62,779 nt of DNA, filler included, from Bdellovibrionota bacterium (GCA_963169515.1; 5 parts of 5 records of this genome joined end to end with filler, not necessarily neighbours in it); one strand, 5' to 3'. Counted from the whole stretch's first letter, positions 37,900 through 48,004 are shown. The notes: generated from the sequence alone by a model not told the origin. A program made the numbers and translations.

Positions 37900-38777
37900 A
37901 GTTCGTAACATCGAAATTTTCATGGAGAAATCGAACAATTTATGCAATTCCAAACCGATACGGGGGCGCACTCTTTGGGATGTTTATCGTTTTCATCATG
38001 GCAGGCGCCGCCTATAGTAACAATCTTATTTTCATGATGGGATTTATAATTCTTAGCTTTGCGTTTACGTCGATTTTGCAAACTGCACGCACGATACGAA
38101 ATCTTGAAATTCTATCGGTCAACATTAGCTCTTTAAGTGTTGGCAAAATTTCGACTGGGCAGATTGTTATTCAAAATCCAACAAAATACTATAAGCCCAA
38201 ATTTGAAATCGAATTAAAAGAGTTCAAAGCAAAATTCTCCGTGCCCGAACTGCAGCCACACGAAACTCGATCCATTTCCTTTTCATTCCAACTCCCAAAG
38301 CAACGGGGCCTTTACAATGTAAAGACTATCCGAGCGTCAACAATCTCTCCCTATGGATTATTTAAAGCCTGGATGTACATCAAGGTTCAAGATGTCTTCA
38401 TCGTATATCCCAGTATGTACGGCCGATCTGAGTTGCCACTCGCAATGGACAATTTAGGTGAGGGATTCTCTGGACACAGACAATATGTATCCGGAGATAC
38501 ATATTCTCGGATCGATTGGAAAATATATGCGCGCACAAGAAATATTTTTATAAAAGAATTCAAGGACTCATCTACAAAAAAAGTGGTGATTGATTGGGAC
38601 AAGCTGAAAATTTCAAACTTAGAAGATAGAATCAGTCAAATTGCGCTTTGGGTAGACAAAGCCTGCCAGCTTCACGTCGAGTTTGGCATCAAAATACCGG
38701 GCTATCAATCCCCTATTCAGACAGGGTTACAACACTACCATGAATGTATGAAAGAATTGAGCGTACTAAAACTATGA
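37896..38777 (+). CDS. DUF58 protein
   Basis: N-terminal TM pair, PYGLF, HRQYVSGD..RIDWK..AR; MoxR operon context. Confidence 0.88.
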   Translation: MKFVTSKFSWRNRTIYAIPNRYGGALFGMFIVFIMAGAAYSNNLIFMMGFIILSFAFTSILQTARTIRNLEILSVNISSLSVGKISTGQIVIQNPTKYYKPKFEIELKEFKAKFSVPELQPHETRSISFSFQLPKQRGLYNVKTIRASTISPYGLFKAWMYIKVQDVFIVYPSMYGRSELPLAMDNLGEGFSGHRQYVSGDTYSRIDWKIYARTRNIFIKEFKDSSTKKVVIDWDKLKISNLEDRISQIALWVDKACQLHVEFGIKIPGYQSPIQTGLQHYHECMKELSVLKL

Positions 38778-40687
38778 TACGCAAAGTAGTTTTGTATTTC
38801 TTCCCATTTTATTTCTGGCCGTTCCTAACAGAACTTCCGGCTTGGGTCCTTGCGGTCTCTTTTGTTCTTTGGATTTTCGCACTTATTCAGAGCCACCGTA
38901 CGCTTATCCAAATCAGAAAATGGCAAGTGAACCTTGCTACGGTTATTTTTTCATTTCTCGTGTACAAGGAATTTAAAAGTATTCTTGGCCCGGAAGCTGG
39001 GAGCAGTCTTATTCTTATTTTGTTGGGTTTAAAGCTCCACGAAATTCGAAAACCTGGTGATGTGATGACCGTTCTATTTACCTATATGATCCTCACTATG
39101 AATATATTGTTGTTTTCACAGTCACTGTTCATGACACTTTATGTTTTGCTTTTGATAGGGGTGCTGGTCTATGCATTTATGTTACTGAACGCCCCTGAAA
39201 AAAGCCTCAAACAAATTTGGAAAACAAGCCCAAGGTTTTTTAGCACAGACGCATTATTTGCATTACCCTTATTTCTTTCGATGTTTTTTCTTTTTCCTCG
39301 ATTCAATGTTTCATTTGGCAATTTGCTGGCACCGCCAAAACCGTCTGTAGGATTTTCTGGAAACTTGAATCCAGGCGAAATGGCTAATCTTGCCACATCA
39401 GAAGCAGTTGCTTTCCGAGCCGTTTTCAATGGCAAAAAAGTAAATCCGAAGGAAATGTATTGGCGTGGGCAAGTGCTAACGGTCACAGATGGTTTTGGCT
39501 GGAAAAAGCCGGATTTGCGAGACCCCTTGTATCCAATCGAAGATTTTGCAACCGATGCCGTTTCATACAATATTGTTTTAGAACCAAAATATGAAAAAAC
39601 ACTTTTTGTGCTCGAACACCCCTTGGACGTTTCTTGGACAGATTCTTCGCGCAACCGCATCTACACATACAATGAAAAATATTATGAAACACAGTTTCCA
39701 CTAATTCATAGAAGCTATTACCAAGGGGTTTCTTCCGTGTCTAAGTTGGGCAAAAAAAGCTCAGAAGACGTCAGCGATAATTTGCAACTTCCGACCAGTC
39801 TTTCAAAACAATTTCATCTTGTGGTCGATAAAATAAAAAGTAAAACACCCGAAGAAACTGTTCGCAATGGTCTTAATTATTTTAGAGTAAATCGATTCAG
39901 CTACTCGTTATCTACACCAAAAATGAGATCGATTGACGAATTTCTGTTTAGTTACAAGGAAGGATTCTGCGAGCATTTTGCTTCGGCTTTTGCGGTGATG
40001 ATGAGAGCCGCAGGAATTCCTACCCGCGTTGTTATTGGGTTTCAAGGTGGTGAGTACAATCAATATGGGGACTATATCATTGTAAAAGAAAAGTTTGCCC
40101 ACGCATGGACAGAAGTTTTTTATCAAGATGTCGGTTGGGTGCGCATTGATCCGACTGCGGTCATCAACCAGGTTAGAATTTTCACCGGCCAAGTCGACGC
40201 CCCAGGGACAGAATATAGCCGTAGCGAAATCAATCGTTTATGGATCAAGATGAGCCTGCTCGCAGATTCAATCAACAATGGCTATATGCTCTTCATGATG
40301 AGGTACAACTACAACAAGCAAGTCGAAATACTCAGCCGCCTGGGTATGTCTGATGTGAAACGATGGAAAATGTATTCTGTCCTCTTTGGAATTGGAGCGT
40401 TGTTATTTTTGACCTACCTTTATCTTCAGGCCAGGCCTTCTGTAAAAAACGATCGCCTTACAGAAAGCTATCAGTTCCTTCTGGCGGAACTTGAAAAGCA
40501 CGGGTTTAAAAAAATGCCGCACGAAGGTTCATTTTCTTTTTCAAAAAAAATTCCAGACTTACCCGGCCAAAATTTATTGATCCTCTATACGAAAATTAAA
40601 TATGGCCCACTGATCAATAAGCGTATTCGGAAAAAATTTATCCGAGCTGCACGTAAATACAAATTTGTCCCTGATAGGACCGCTTAG
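38774..40687 (+). CDS. Membrane transglutaminase-like protein (TgpA/DUF3488)
   Basis: Multi-TM N-terminus, FPR, YWRG, GFCEHFA, HAWTEV, RIDPT (Cys-His-Asp triad). Confidence 0.9.
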   Translation: MIRKVVLYFFPFYFWPFLTELPAWVLAVSFVLWIFALIQSHRTLIQIRKWQVNLATVIFSFLVYKEFKSILGPEAGSSLILILLGLKLHEIRKPGDVMTVLFTYMILTMNILLFSQSLFMTLYVLLLIGVLVYAFMLLNAPEKSLKQIWKTSPRFFSTDALFALPLFLSMFFLFPRFNVSFGNLLAPPKPSVGFSGNLNPGEMANLATSEAVAFRAVFNGKKVNPKEMYWRGQVLTVTDGFGWKKPDLRDPLYPIEDFATDAVSYNIVLEPKYEKTLFVLEHPLDVSWTDSSRNRIYTYNEKYYETQFPLIHRSYYQGVSSVSKLGKKSSEDVSDNLQLPTSLSKQFHLVVDKIKSKTPEETVRNGLNYFRVNRFSYSLSTPKMRSIDEFLFSYKEGFCEHFASAFAVMMRAAGIPTRVVIGFQGGEYNQYGDYIIVKEKFAHAWTEVFYQDVGWVRIDPTAVINQVRIFTGQVDAPGTEYSRSEINRLWIKMSLLADSINNGYMLFMMRYNYNKQVEILSRLGMSDVKRWKMYSVLFGIGALLFLTYLYLQARPSVKNDRLTESYQFLLAELEKHGFKKMPHEGSFSFSKKIPDLPGQNLLILYTKIKYGPLINKRIRKKFIRAARKYKFVPDRTA

Positions 40688-41382
40688 GGCAAATCAAACA
40701 ACAGGAATTCGGCACCTGCCGACGCGGCAATGTTGAGCTCAGGCTCCGATTCGACGGCCGCACCATCGCCTGTTTTTAAAGCAGTTCCATTAATTTTAAG
40801 ATCACCACGCACGACCTGAACCCACACACCCCGACCAACTTGAGTCTTGAAATGTATGGTTTCATCTTTCTTCGATTTACCAACATAGACGTTCACATCC
40901 TGATTGATAGAAATTGAATCTGAAACGCCAGTTTTTGAGGCAACAAGCACAAACGATCTTTCGTTTAGCGCACTCTTAAAGGATTTTTGACCGTAGCCAG
41001 GCTTGACGCCTTCCTTTTCTGGCAAAATCCAAATTTGTAATAAGTGCACGGACATATCTTCCCGCGGGTTGAACTCGGAATGTTGGACTCCTGTACCGGC
41101 GCTCATGTGTTGAACTTCATCTGGGTGAATGTGCGCCGTATTTCCCATTGAATCCTTGTGCTGAAGAATTCCTTCCAGAACGTAAGTAATAATTTCCATG
41201 TCTCGGTGGCCGTGGGTCCCAAAGCCCATTCCACTTTCAATAAAGTCTTCATTGATGACCCGAAGGTCCCGAAAGCCCATGAAATTAGAATCATAGTAGT
41301 CCGCAAAGGAAAACGAATGGTGGGTTTTAAGCCAACCATGATTTGCATATCCTCGATCTTCTGATTTTCGAACTTGGATCAT
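40684..41382 (-). CDS. Pirin-family protein (YhhW-like)
   Basis: HSFSFADYYD, GFGTHGHRDMEI, HKDSMG, MSAGTGVQHSE, LQIWI. Confidence 0.93.
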   Translation of the reverse strand: MIQVRKSEDRGYANHGWLKTHHSFSFADYYDSNFMGFRDLRVINEDFIESGMGFGTHGHRDMEIITYVLEGILQHKDSMGNTAHIHPDEVQHMSAGTGVQHSEFNPREDMSVHLLQIWILPEKEGVKPGYGQKSFKSALNERSFVLVASKTGVSDSISINQDVNVYVGKSKKDETIHFKTQVGRGVWVQVVRGDLKINGTALKTGDGAAVESEPELNIAASAGAEFLLFDLP

Positions 41383-41506
41383 TGTTTTGTTATACCGGAT
41401 TTTCATTGATCTGTAGGGTGGAAGTTGTTAAATCTAAGTGTGTATAACGCCACACACCAGGGGCATCTATGAAGTCTCTTCTTGAAAAACCGACATAGGA
41501 CATTGC

Positions 41507-41653
41507 GTGAGCCAAATCCCACACGAACTTATCAATGAAAGCCAAGACGTTGCCCAGACTATTCAGGAAGTTTGGTCCGCCCTTACCCACGAAGAAAAAC
41601 TTGAGAAGTTCAAGGCAATGACTCGCCCGGAGGCTGAAGATCTTTTTATTTCG
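41507..41653 (+). CDS. Probable magnesium transporter MgtE N-terminus, truncated
   Basis: W..L..EEKLEKF..M.R.EAEDLF resembles the MgtE N-domain start; runs into the linker. Confidence 0.5.
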
Positions 41654-41753
41654 NNNNNNNNNNNNNNNNNNNNNNNNNNNNNNNNNNNNNNNNNNNNTTA
41701 ATTAATTAANNNNNNNNNNNNNNNNNNNNNNNNNNNNNNNNNNNNNNNNNNNN
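41654..41753. other. Artificial contig linker
   Basis: N44-TTAATTAATTAA-N44. Confidence 0.97.
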
Positions 41754-41784
41754 GTGCATAAAAGAGAAATATGAAAGGAAAGTT

Positions 41785-42054
41785 ATGGCATTAACTCGTG
41801 AAGAAAAGGCTCAGACCGTTAAAAAATTTCAACGATCAGAATTGGATACAGGTAGCCCAGAAGTTCAAGTTGCGCTTCTCACAACGCGAATCAAAGACAT
41901 TACAGAACATTTTAAAAAACATAAAAAAGATCATCAAGGACGCCGTGGTTTAATGACACTTGTTAATCAAAGACGAAGCCTTCTTGCCTATTTGAAAAAA
42001 GAAGACACAGCAAGATACGCAAAACTCATCAACGATCTTGGTCTACGTAAATAA
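41785..42054 (+). CDS. rpsO: 30S ribosomal protein S15
   Basis: [27 protein letters not shown]. Confidence 0.98.
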   Translation: MALTREEKAQTVKKFQRSELDTGSPEVQVALLTTRIKDITEHFKKHKKDHQGRRGLMTLVNQRRSLLAYLKKEDTARYAKLINDLGLRK

Positions 42055-42083
42055 TTGCACCGATTTAACGAGATAGGAAAAAT

Positions 42084-44177
42084 ATGAAAAAAACAGTAAC
42101 AGTAGACGTCGGTGGAAATACCATTACGTTAGAAACAGGACGTCTTGCAAAGCAAGCCGACGCTTCGGTCTTAGCGACTTGCGGAAATAATATGGTTTTA
42201 GCAACGGTTGTTGCCTCAAACAAAGAATCGGATGCAGATTTTTTTCCACTGACAGTGGAATTCCAGGAAAAATTCTATGCTACGGGAAAAATTCCTGGTG
42301 GCTATTTTAAGCGCGAAGGAAAGCCGACAGAAAATGCGGGATTAACGTCACGATTGATAGACCGTCCAATTCGACCTATGTTTCCGGATGGGTATAATAC
42401 AGAGACCCAGCTGGTTGCGATCGCATTGAGCTCAGACGGACAATTTCCGCTTGAAACTTTGGCAAGCCTAGCGGCTTCAGCGGCTCTTCATATCAGTGAT
42501 TCTCCGTTCAACGGTCCGACAGCCGCAGTTCGCGTAGGCCGTGTTGATGGGCAGTGGATTGCAAATCCAAACGCAAAACAAATGGAGCAATCCGACGTCA
42601 ATATTATGGTTGCGGGGACCAAGGTCGGCCTTTTGATGGTGGAAGGTGAAACGAAGTTTATTACAGAAAAAGATGCTCTGGATGCTCTAAAATTTGCTCA
42701 CAAATCAATATTGCCATTGATCGAAGCTCAAGAGCAGTTAAGAAAAGATACTGGATCAAAACCAAAGCGCGAATTTTCGCCAAAAGTAATTGAAACAACT
42801 ATCCGTGAAAAGGCTGAAAAAATTCTTAAGCCAAAAGTTCACGAAGCGTTGCGAATAAAAGAAAAGGCAAAGCGCTATGATGCTTTGGATGCCGCAAAAG
42901 AAGCGGCGCTAGAAGTTGTGTTGGCTGGCATCCCAGAAGTAGAGCACGAAAAGTTGTCTAAAACCGTCTCATTTTTGTTTGAAGAACAAAAATATAAACA
43001 AGCGCGTGCGATGATTTTGGATGATCAAGTTCGAATTGATGGCCGTAATACGACTCAGATCAGGCCTATTTCGAACGAAGTGGCATTACTCCCCCGTGCG
43101 CATGGCTCGGGGTTATTTACTCGCGGTGAAACACAAGTGTTGGCTGCAGTGACGCTAGGAACGGGCGACGATGAACAAATGATTGACGGCCTTCAAGGGA
43201 CGGTCACAAAACGGTTTTTGCTTCATTATAACTTCCCTCCATTCAGCGTAGGTGAAACAGGCCGTATGGGTGGGCAAAGTCGTCGAGAGATCGGACACGG
43301 AGCCCTTGCAGAGCGTGCATTGGCTGCGATCCTTCCGGACAACGAATTATTTCCATACACGATTCGTGTCGTGGGTGAGGTTCTCGAATCAAACGGCTCA
43401 AGCTCAATGGGTACAGTTTGTTCAGGAATGATGGCGCTATTGGATGCTGGTGTTCCTGTTAAAGGGAATGTCGCGGGTATAGCAATGGGTCTAATCAAAG
43501 AGGGAAACAAAGTTGAGATTCTTTCAGACATCCTGGGTGATGAAGATCATTTGGGTGATATGGATTTCAAAGTTGCAGGAACACGCGAAGGGATTTCTGC
43601 GCTTCAAATGGATATTAAAATTGACAGCGTGAGCTTTGAAATTATGGAAAAGGCGCTAGCCCAAGCAAAGCAAGGTCGTGTGCATATCCTGGGCGAAATG
43701 GAAAAGGTAATGAAAGTTCCTCGCAACCAGTTATCGGAATATGCACCACGAATTGAAACAATTGAGATTAAACCTGAAAAGGTACGCGAAGTGATAGGTG
43801 CCGGGGGCAAGGTAATCAAAGACATTATTCTTCGAACAGGTGTAAAGATTGATATCGAAGATGATGGGACCGTTCATATTGCTTCGACTGATGCGGAAGC
43901 TCGAAAAAAAGCAATTGAAATTATCAAAGGAATAGTTCAGGGAGCAGAAGTTGGAAAAGTCTATAAAGGTACGGTCCAAAAAATTATGGATTTCGGGGCA
44001 TTTGTGGAAGTTATGCCAAATACAGTCGGCCTGTTACATATTTCCGAAATTGCGCATGAACGCCTTCGAAGTGTTTCTGATGTATTGAGTGAGGGCGATC
44101 AGTTGGACGTTAAGGTCCTAGATGTTGATCGCGCAGGGCGAATAAAGCTTTCTCGAAAAGTGTTGTTAGAGAAATAG
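42084..44177 (+). CDS. pnp: Polyribonucleotide nucleotidyltransferase
   Basis: DFFPLTV, RLIDRPIRP, FTRGETQ, EDHLGDMDFKVAG, KH and S1 domains. Confidence 0.98.
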   Translation: MKKTVTVDVGGNTITLETGRLAKQADASVLATCGNNMVLATVVASNKESDADFFPLTVEFQEKFYATGKIPGGYFKREGKPTENAGLTSRLIDRPIRPMFPDGYNTETQLVAIALSSDGQFPLETLASLAASAALHISDSPFNGPTAAVRVGRVDGQWIANPNAKQMEQSDVNIMVAGTKVGLLMVEGETKFITEKDALDALKFAHKSILPLIEAQEQLRKDTGSKPKREFSPKVIETTIREKAEKILKPKVHEALRIKEKAKRYDALDAAKEAALEVVLAGIPEVEHEKLSKTVSFLFEEQKYKQARAMILDDQVRIDGRNTTQIRPISNEVALLPRAHGSGLFTRGETQVLAAVTLGTGDDEQMIDGLQGTVTKRFLLHYNFPPFSVGETGRMGGQSRREIGHGALAERALAAILPDNELFPYTIRVVGEVLESNGSSSMGTVCSGMMALLDAGVPVKGNVAGIAMGLIKEGNKVEILSDILGDEDHLGDMDFKVAGTREGISALQMDIKIDSVSFEIMEKALAQAKQGRVHILGEMEKVMKVPRNQLSEYAPRIETIEIKPEKVREVIGAGGKVIKDIILRTGVKIDIEDDGTVHIASTDAEARKKAIEIIKGIVQGAEVGKVYKGTVQKIMDFGAFVEVMPNTVGLLHISEIAHERLRSVSDVLSEGDQLDVKVLDVDRAGRIKLSRKVLLEK

Positions 44178-44185
44178 AGCCATCT

Positions 44186-45433
44186 GTGCATTTTAAAAAA
44201 AGTGTTCTATCCAACGGTATCACGGTCGTTACAGAGGATCATCCGCACGCTATCGGTTTAACTGCGGGCGTTTGGGTTTGCACTGGTACTCGAGACGAAG
44301 ATCCCGCCAGCATGGGGATATCGCATTTGCTAGAGCACATGGTTTTTAAAGGGACCAAAAAGCGTTCTGCATTTCAACTGGCGAAGGTGATGGAAGCCCG
44401 TGGTGGGGAATTAAATGCCTACACTACTCGAGAATATACTTGTTATTATGCGACTTCTCTAAGCAAAGATATAAAATTAAATTTGGATGTTCTTATGGAC
44501 ATCGTTACTAATGCCACCTTTCCAAAGCACGAATTTGAGAAGGAGAAGCAAGTTGTACTTCAAGAGATTGCAATGAGTAGCGATGATTATGATGAATATG
44601 TTTTTGATGTATTTTTCGAAGAGTGTTATCGCCAACATCCGTTAGGATGGCCGATCCTGGGAACCGAAGAAACTATTGGAAGTATTTCCCGTAAAAATAT
44701 AGTCGATTTTTACAAGACCCGATACCGTGGACACGACCTGATGTTTAGCATTGCCGGTCGAGTAAATCATAATGAAGTATGCGATCTGATTGAATCCTAT
44801 CTGGGGAAAAAAGTTAGAAAATCATTTAAAAAGAAACCGCGATCAAAGCCCAAATATCATGCTTTTACAAAGCTCATCGAAAAAGATATCGAGCAAACCC
44901 ATATTTTGATGGGATTTGAAGCGCCGAGCCTGTCTGCGCCCGACAGATATGAGTCGCATATTTTCAATACGCTGTTAGGTGGCGGAATGACGTCAAAGCT
45001 ATATCAAAGCATCCGTGAACGAAAGGGTTTGGCCTATTCCGTTTATAGTACTCTACTCAACACTACAGATGCGGGATTAAATTTGGTCTATTGCGCCGTT
45101 GATCCAGAGCAAGCGGAAGAGGCGGTCGATATTATTGTGCGCGATCTAAAAAAAATACGCCGTGAAAAAATATCTAAAAGCGAATTGAATTTCTTTAGGA
45201 CTCAAGCCAAAGGTTATTTGGAGCTTTACTCAGATGACATTGAAAACCGAATGAATATTGTAGGACTGAATCAACTCGTATTTGATAAGTATCACACTAT
45301 GGAAGACACTCTGAAAGGATTAGACGCCGTAACAACAGCCTCAATGAGGTCTTATATCGAAAAGTACGTTCGGCCTGATAAGTTTTCCCTATTAGTACTC
45401 GGAAGTAGCGATAATTCCATTTGGATGTTCTAA
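44186..45433 (+). CDS. M16 (pitrilysin) family zinc peptidase
   Basis: HLLEHMVFKGT, NAYT, IRERKGLAY. Confidence 0.93.
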   Translation: MHFKKSVLSNGITVVTEDHPHAIGLTAGVWVCTGTRDEDPASMGISHLLEHMVFKGTKKRSAFQLAKVMEARGGELNAYTTREYTCYYATSLSKDIKLNLDVLMDIVTNATFPKHEFEKEKQVVLQEIAMSSDDYDEYVFDVFFEECYRQHPLGWPILGTEETIGSISRKNIVDFYKTRYRGHDLMFSIAGRVNHNEVCDLIESYLGKKVRKSFKKKPRSKPKYHAFTKLIEKDIEQTHILMGFEAPSLSAPDRYESHIFNTLLGGGMTSKLYQSIRERKGLAYSVYSTLLNTTDAGLNLVYCAVDPEQAEEAVDIIVRDLKKIRREKISKSELNFFRTQAKGYLELYSDDIENRMNIVGLNQLVFDKYHTMEDTLKGLDAVTTASMRSYIEKYVRPDKFSLLVLGSSDNSIWMF

Positions 45434-45434
45434 C

Positions 45435-45466
45435 GGTGCCAGGCACCCGACGTCCGGTGGCCGGAC
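45435..45466. repeat. REP-like palindromic element
   Basis: GGTGCCAGGCACC palindrome plus GTCCGG-tgg-CCGGAC hairpin; resembles the arm at 57923. Confidence 0.55.
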
Positions 45467-45479
45467 AAAAGGAAGTTTT

Positions 45480-45959
45480 ATGGAAAAGGTGACAGTTAAG
45501 GTAAAGAAGTTAGAGCACTTTAAAGGTGAGTTCCCTAAATATGAGACCACGTGGGCAAGTGGGCTGGACGTCCGTGCACAGTTGTCTGGGCAGACTGTAA
45601 TAGTAAAACCACTTGAAAGAGTTCTGGTCCCGACGGGCCTATCTGTTTCGATTCCCGAAGGATACGAAATTCAAGCACGACCACGTAGTGGGCTTGCAAT
45701 AAAAAAAGGCCTTACCCTTTTAAATACTCCAGGTACTATCGACGCTGATTATCGCGGTGAAATTAAAATTATTATCATCAATTTGAGCAATGAACCTGTC
45801 GAAATTCTTGATCAAGATCGGATTGCACAACTTGTGTTGTGCCCTGTAGTTCAAGCGCACCTGGAAGCCGTTTCTAATTTAGAAGAGACATCCCGTGGTG
45901 CGGGTGGCTTTGGTAGCACAGGAGTGTCTGGAGCCGGGTACCCTAAAAATTCTTATTAA
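45480..45959 (+). CDS. dut: dUTP diphosphatase
   Basis: SGLD, RPRSGLA, GTIDADYRGE, RIAQL, RGAGGFGSTG. Confidence 0.97.
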   Translation: MEKVTVKVKKLEHFKGEFPKYETTWASGLDVRAQLSGQTVIVKPLERVLVPTGLSVSIPEGYEIQARPRSGLAIKKGLTLLNTPGTIDADYRGEIKIIIINLSNEPVEILDQDRIAQLVLCPVVQAHLEAVSNLEETSRGAGGFGSTGVSGAGYPKNSY

Positions 45960-46578
45960 TCTCTTCCTCAATTTTATCGACATCGTCGATGTTTTGATTG
46001 TTGTTGAGGTCTTGCGAAGTGGAGCCTTTAAAGTGCAGCTCTTTACGAGATGAACTGATCTGTTGGAAGGCCCACAGAATAAAATAGGCTGTGAAGATCC
46101 CGCCAAAAACCTTGATAATAGATTTTTTTGGCAATTGAAAGTTTTCAACAAATCCGACTGTGAGTAAAATCAAGGTTATGGCAAAGCCGATCAAGTTTAT
46201 CGGGGCAATCAGTGGGCTGAGAATTCTTAAAACAAGAACAGGAATCAGAGCTAAAAACACAAGAGTATAAGTTCGATGAAACGAAATTTGTCGGTTATAG
46301 ATGAATAAAAATAAAAAGTAAAAAAAACATGCACCAAGAAAACAAGTGGCAATGCTGATTAATGGAAGGAAGATAATTTTTCGAACAAATGTTACGGATT
46401 GGCTTGAAAGCAGATCTGAAAGTGCCCCCAATACTATATTGATAACCAACTGTGCGCTGAGCATGGTTGGCCAGCTCCAATCTGGAGCGACCTTCATGCC
46501 TTGAATAGGGTTTGTAAAATAAATTTTAAAATAATTTATGGCGACAACAAATTGATTTTTAAGAGGCAGATCGTTCAT
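45943..46578 (-). CDS. Yip1-like membrane protein
   Basis: About five TM helices, NP motif near the N-terminus. Confidence 0.6.
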   Translation of the reverse strand: MNDLPLKNQFVVAINYFKIYFTNPIQGMKVAPDWSWPTMLSAQLVINIVLGALSDLLSSQSVTFVRKIIFLPLISIATCFLGACFFYFLFLFIYNRQISFHRTYTLVFLALIPVLVLRILSPLIAPINLIGFAITLILLTVGFVENFQLPKKSIIKVFGGIFTAYFILWAFQQISSSRKELHFKGSTSQDLNNNQNIDDVDKIEEEINKNF

Positions 46579-46600
46579 GTTTGTTCTTTGTTAGTAAGAT

Positions 46601-47224
46601 CTATAAATGCCCGTCTATTCGTAATAAAAAGTCGATTGCGCGATTTTCAGGTGAGTCGGAGACAATTGAGTTTTTTGCTCCGACCTCTGCGATAAGGCTT
46701 AATCTTGGCGCTATCTTAGCCTCAAGACCGCCAAAGATAACAGATGCCGGTGTAGTGAAGTTGTCAGAATAGCCCCCACGCTTTTCAAGATGCAAGTAGC
46801 GCGCTGCGAGCCCCGTGCCAATTCGAAATCCAATTAATTGGCTGAAACTGCCTTTGTATAAGACTCTAAGATCAAATTCTTGGATTTCAGTGCTAAAATT
46901 TGCGTGTTTTGCGCGATAATAGTTTGTATACCCGATCTCGGCATTCCATTGCGGAGACATCAAATCCATGCCCAACATTAGACTAAAACCATTTTGATCA
47001 ATGGACGTGTTGATCTGATCGGAGGCAAGACTAAAGGCTGAATGTCCAAACCCGACACCCATGTGAAACATAGTGTTGTCCATGCTGTAACCGGGGGACT
47101 CGGTTTTGAGCTCGGTCTTTGCAGATAACCGAGAGACAATACTTTCATAGTTTTCCTCATCTTCTGCAGCAAAACAGAAAACGGGAATTAAAATCAGGAC
47201 TACAAGTAGCTTTTTCATCTTCAT
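46601..47224 (-). CDS. Outer-membrane beta-barrel protein
   Basis: Signal peptide (CFA), amphipathic beta strands. Confidence 0.65.
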   Translation of the reverse strand: MKMKKLLVVLILIPVFCFAAEDEENYESIVSRLSAKTELKTESPGYSMDNTMFHMGVGFGHSAFSLASDQINTSIDQNGFSLMLGMDLMSPQWNAEIGYTNYYRAKHANFSTEIQEFDLRVLYKGSFSQLIGFRIGTGLAARYLHLEKRGGYSDNFTTPASVIFGGLEAKIAPRLSLIAEVGAKNSIVSDSPENRAIDFLLRIDGHL

Positions 47225-47233
47225 AGTGCTTCC

Positions 47234-47248
47234 ATTTTACTATAGAAT
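47234..47248. promoter_or_regulatory. Back-to-back -10 elements (bidirectional promoter)
   Basis: TAAAAT (minus, 47234-47239) and TAGAAT (plus, 47243-47248) in a 32-bp divergent gap. Confidence 0.45.
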
Positions 47249-47256
47249 GAAGCCAT

Positions 47257-47697
47257 ATGTTCAATAAAAAAGAACAGTTTTTTTGTGCTTTCTGTAGATC
47301 GCGCCGTAAAATATCCCTGAAAAAGAATGTGACGTTTGTCGAGGGGACTTATTGCGTTTTGGCTGCTATATTGCTGTCACTTCTATTTTGGCAGAATTTC
47401 GACGTGCGAATCCTTTTTATTTTTGGAATTTTGCTTGCTATTACAGAGGTGATTTTACAGATGAGGTGGCGTCTTGCGATCTCATGTCCATATTGTGGAT
47501 TTGACCCTGTATTGTACAAAAAAAATAAGGTTCTTACGGCACAAAGGATTAAAAATCATTTGGAGCGTAGGAAAAAAGATCCTCATGCCCTGTTTTCAAA
47601 AAACTTTTACTTGGATCTGCCACGACCGCAAGCACCACCGCCCCCGACGAACATAGGCACAGTAAAAAAAGGCAAAAAACTCGACTTGAGTCTTTAA
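47257..47697 (+). CDS. Hypothetical membrane protein with two CxxC motifs
   Basis: CAFC, two TM helices, CPYC. Confidence 0.7.
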   Translation: MFNKKEQFFCAFCRSRRKISLKKNVTFVEGTYCVLAAILLSLLFWQNFDVRILFIFGILLAITEVILQMRWRLAISCPYCGFDPVLYKKNKVLTAQRIKNHLERRKKDPHALFSKNFYLDLPRPQAPPPPTNIGTVKKGKKLDLSL

Positions 47698-47751
47698 AAA
47701 TTGTCTCAAATTGAGACCTGCGCCCTCCGATAGGATTGTAGGACGTAATCC

Positions 47752-47973
47752 ATGGAGGGAAAGATGTCTGCATACGCAAAAGAGATAAAAAAAATTATTG
47801 TTGGAATCAAAGCTTATGATTCAGAAAAAGTAGAGCAGCTGGATAAGGCCCTAACTTTTGTTGCACAACATGGAACAGAGTCAGATCTTGCAGAAAGTTT
47901 GAGCGAAGTAGAAAAGTTTTTGTACGAAGAGTTATTAAATTACGACGTGGTTGGCAAAAGTAAAACAGCTTGA
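47752..47973 (+). CDS. Small acidic hypothetical protein (start may be 47764)
   Basis: GGAGGG SD before ATG 47764; fills the gap before the GT2 gene. Confidence 0.6.
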   Translation: MEGKMSAYAKEIKKIIVGIKAYDSEKVEQLDKALTFVAQHGTESDLAESLSEVEKFLYEELLNYDVVGKSKTA

Positions 47974-48004
47974 GAGTCTGGGACAACTTTAGTACCCTTC
48001 CGGA

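Noticed and set aside
41407..41506. M-box riboswitch before the mgtE-like gene
   Set aside because: The region is too short and lacks the conserved motifs.
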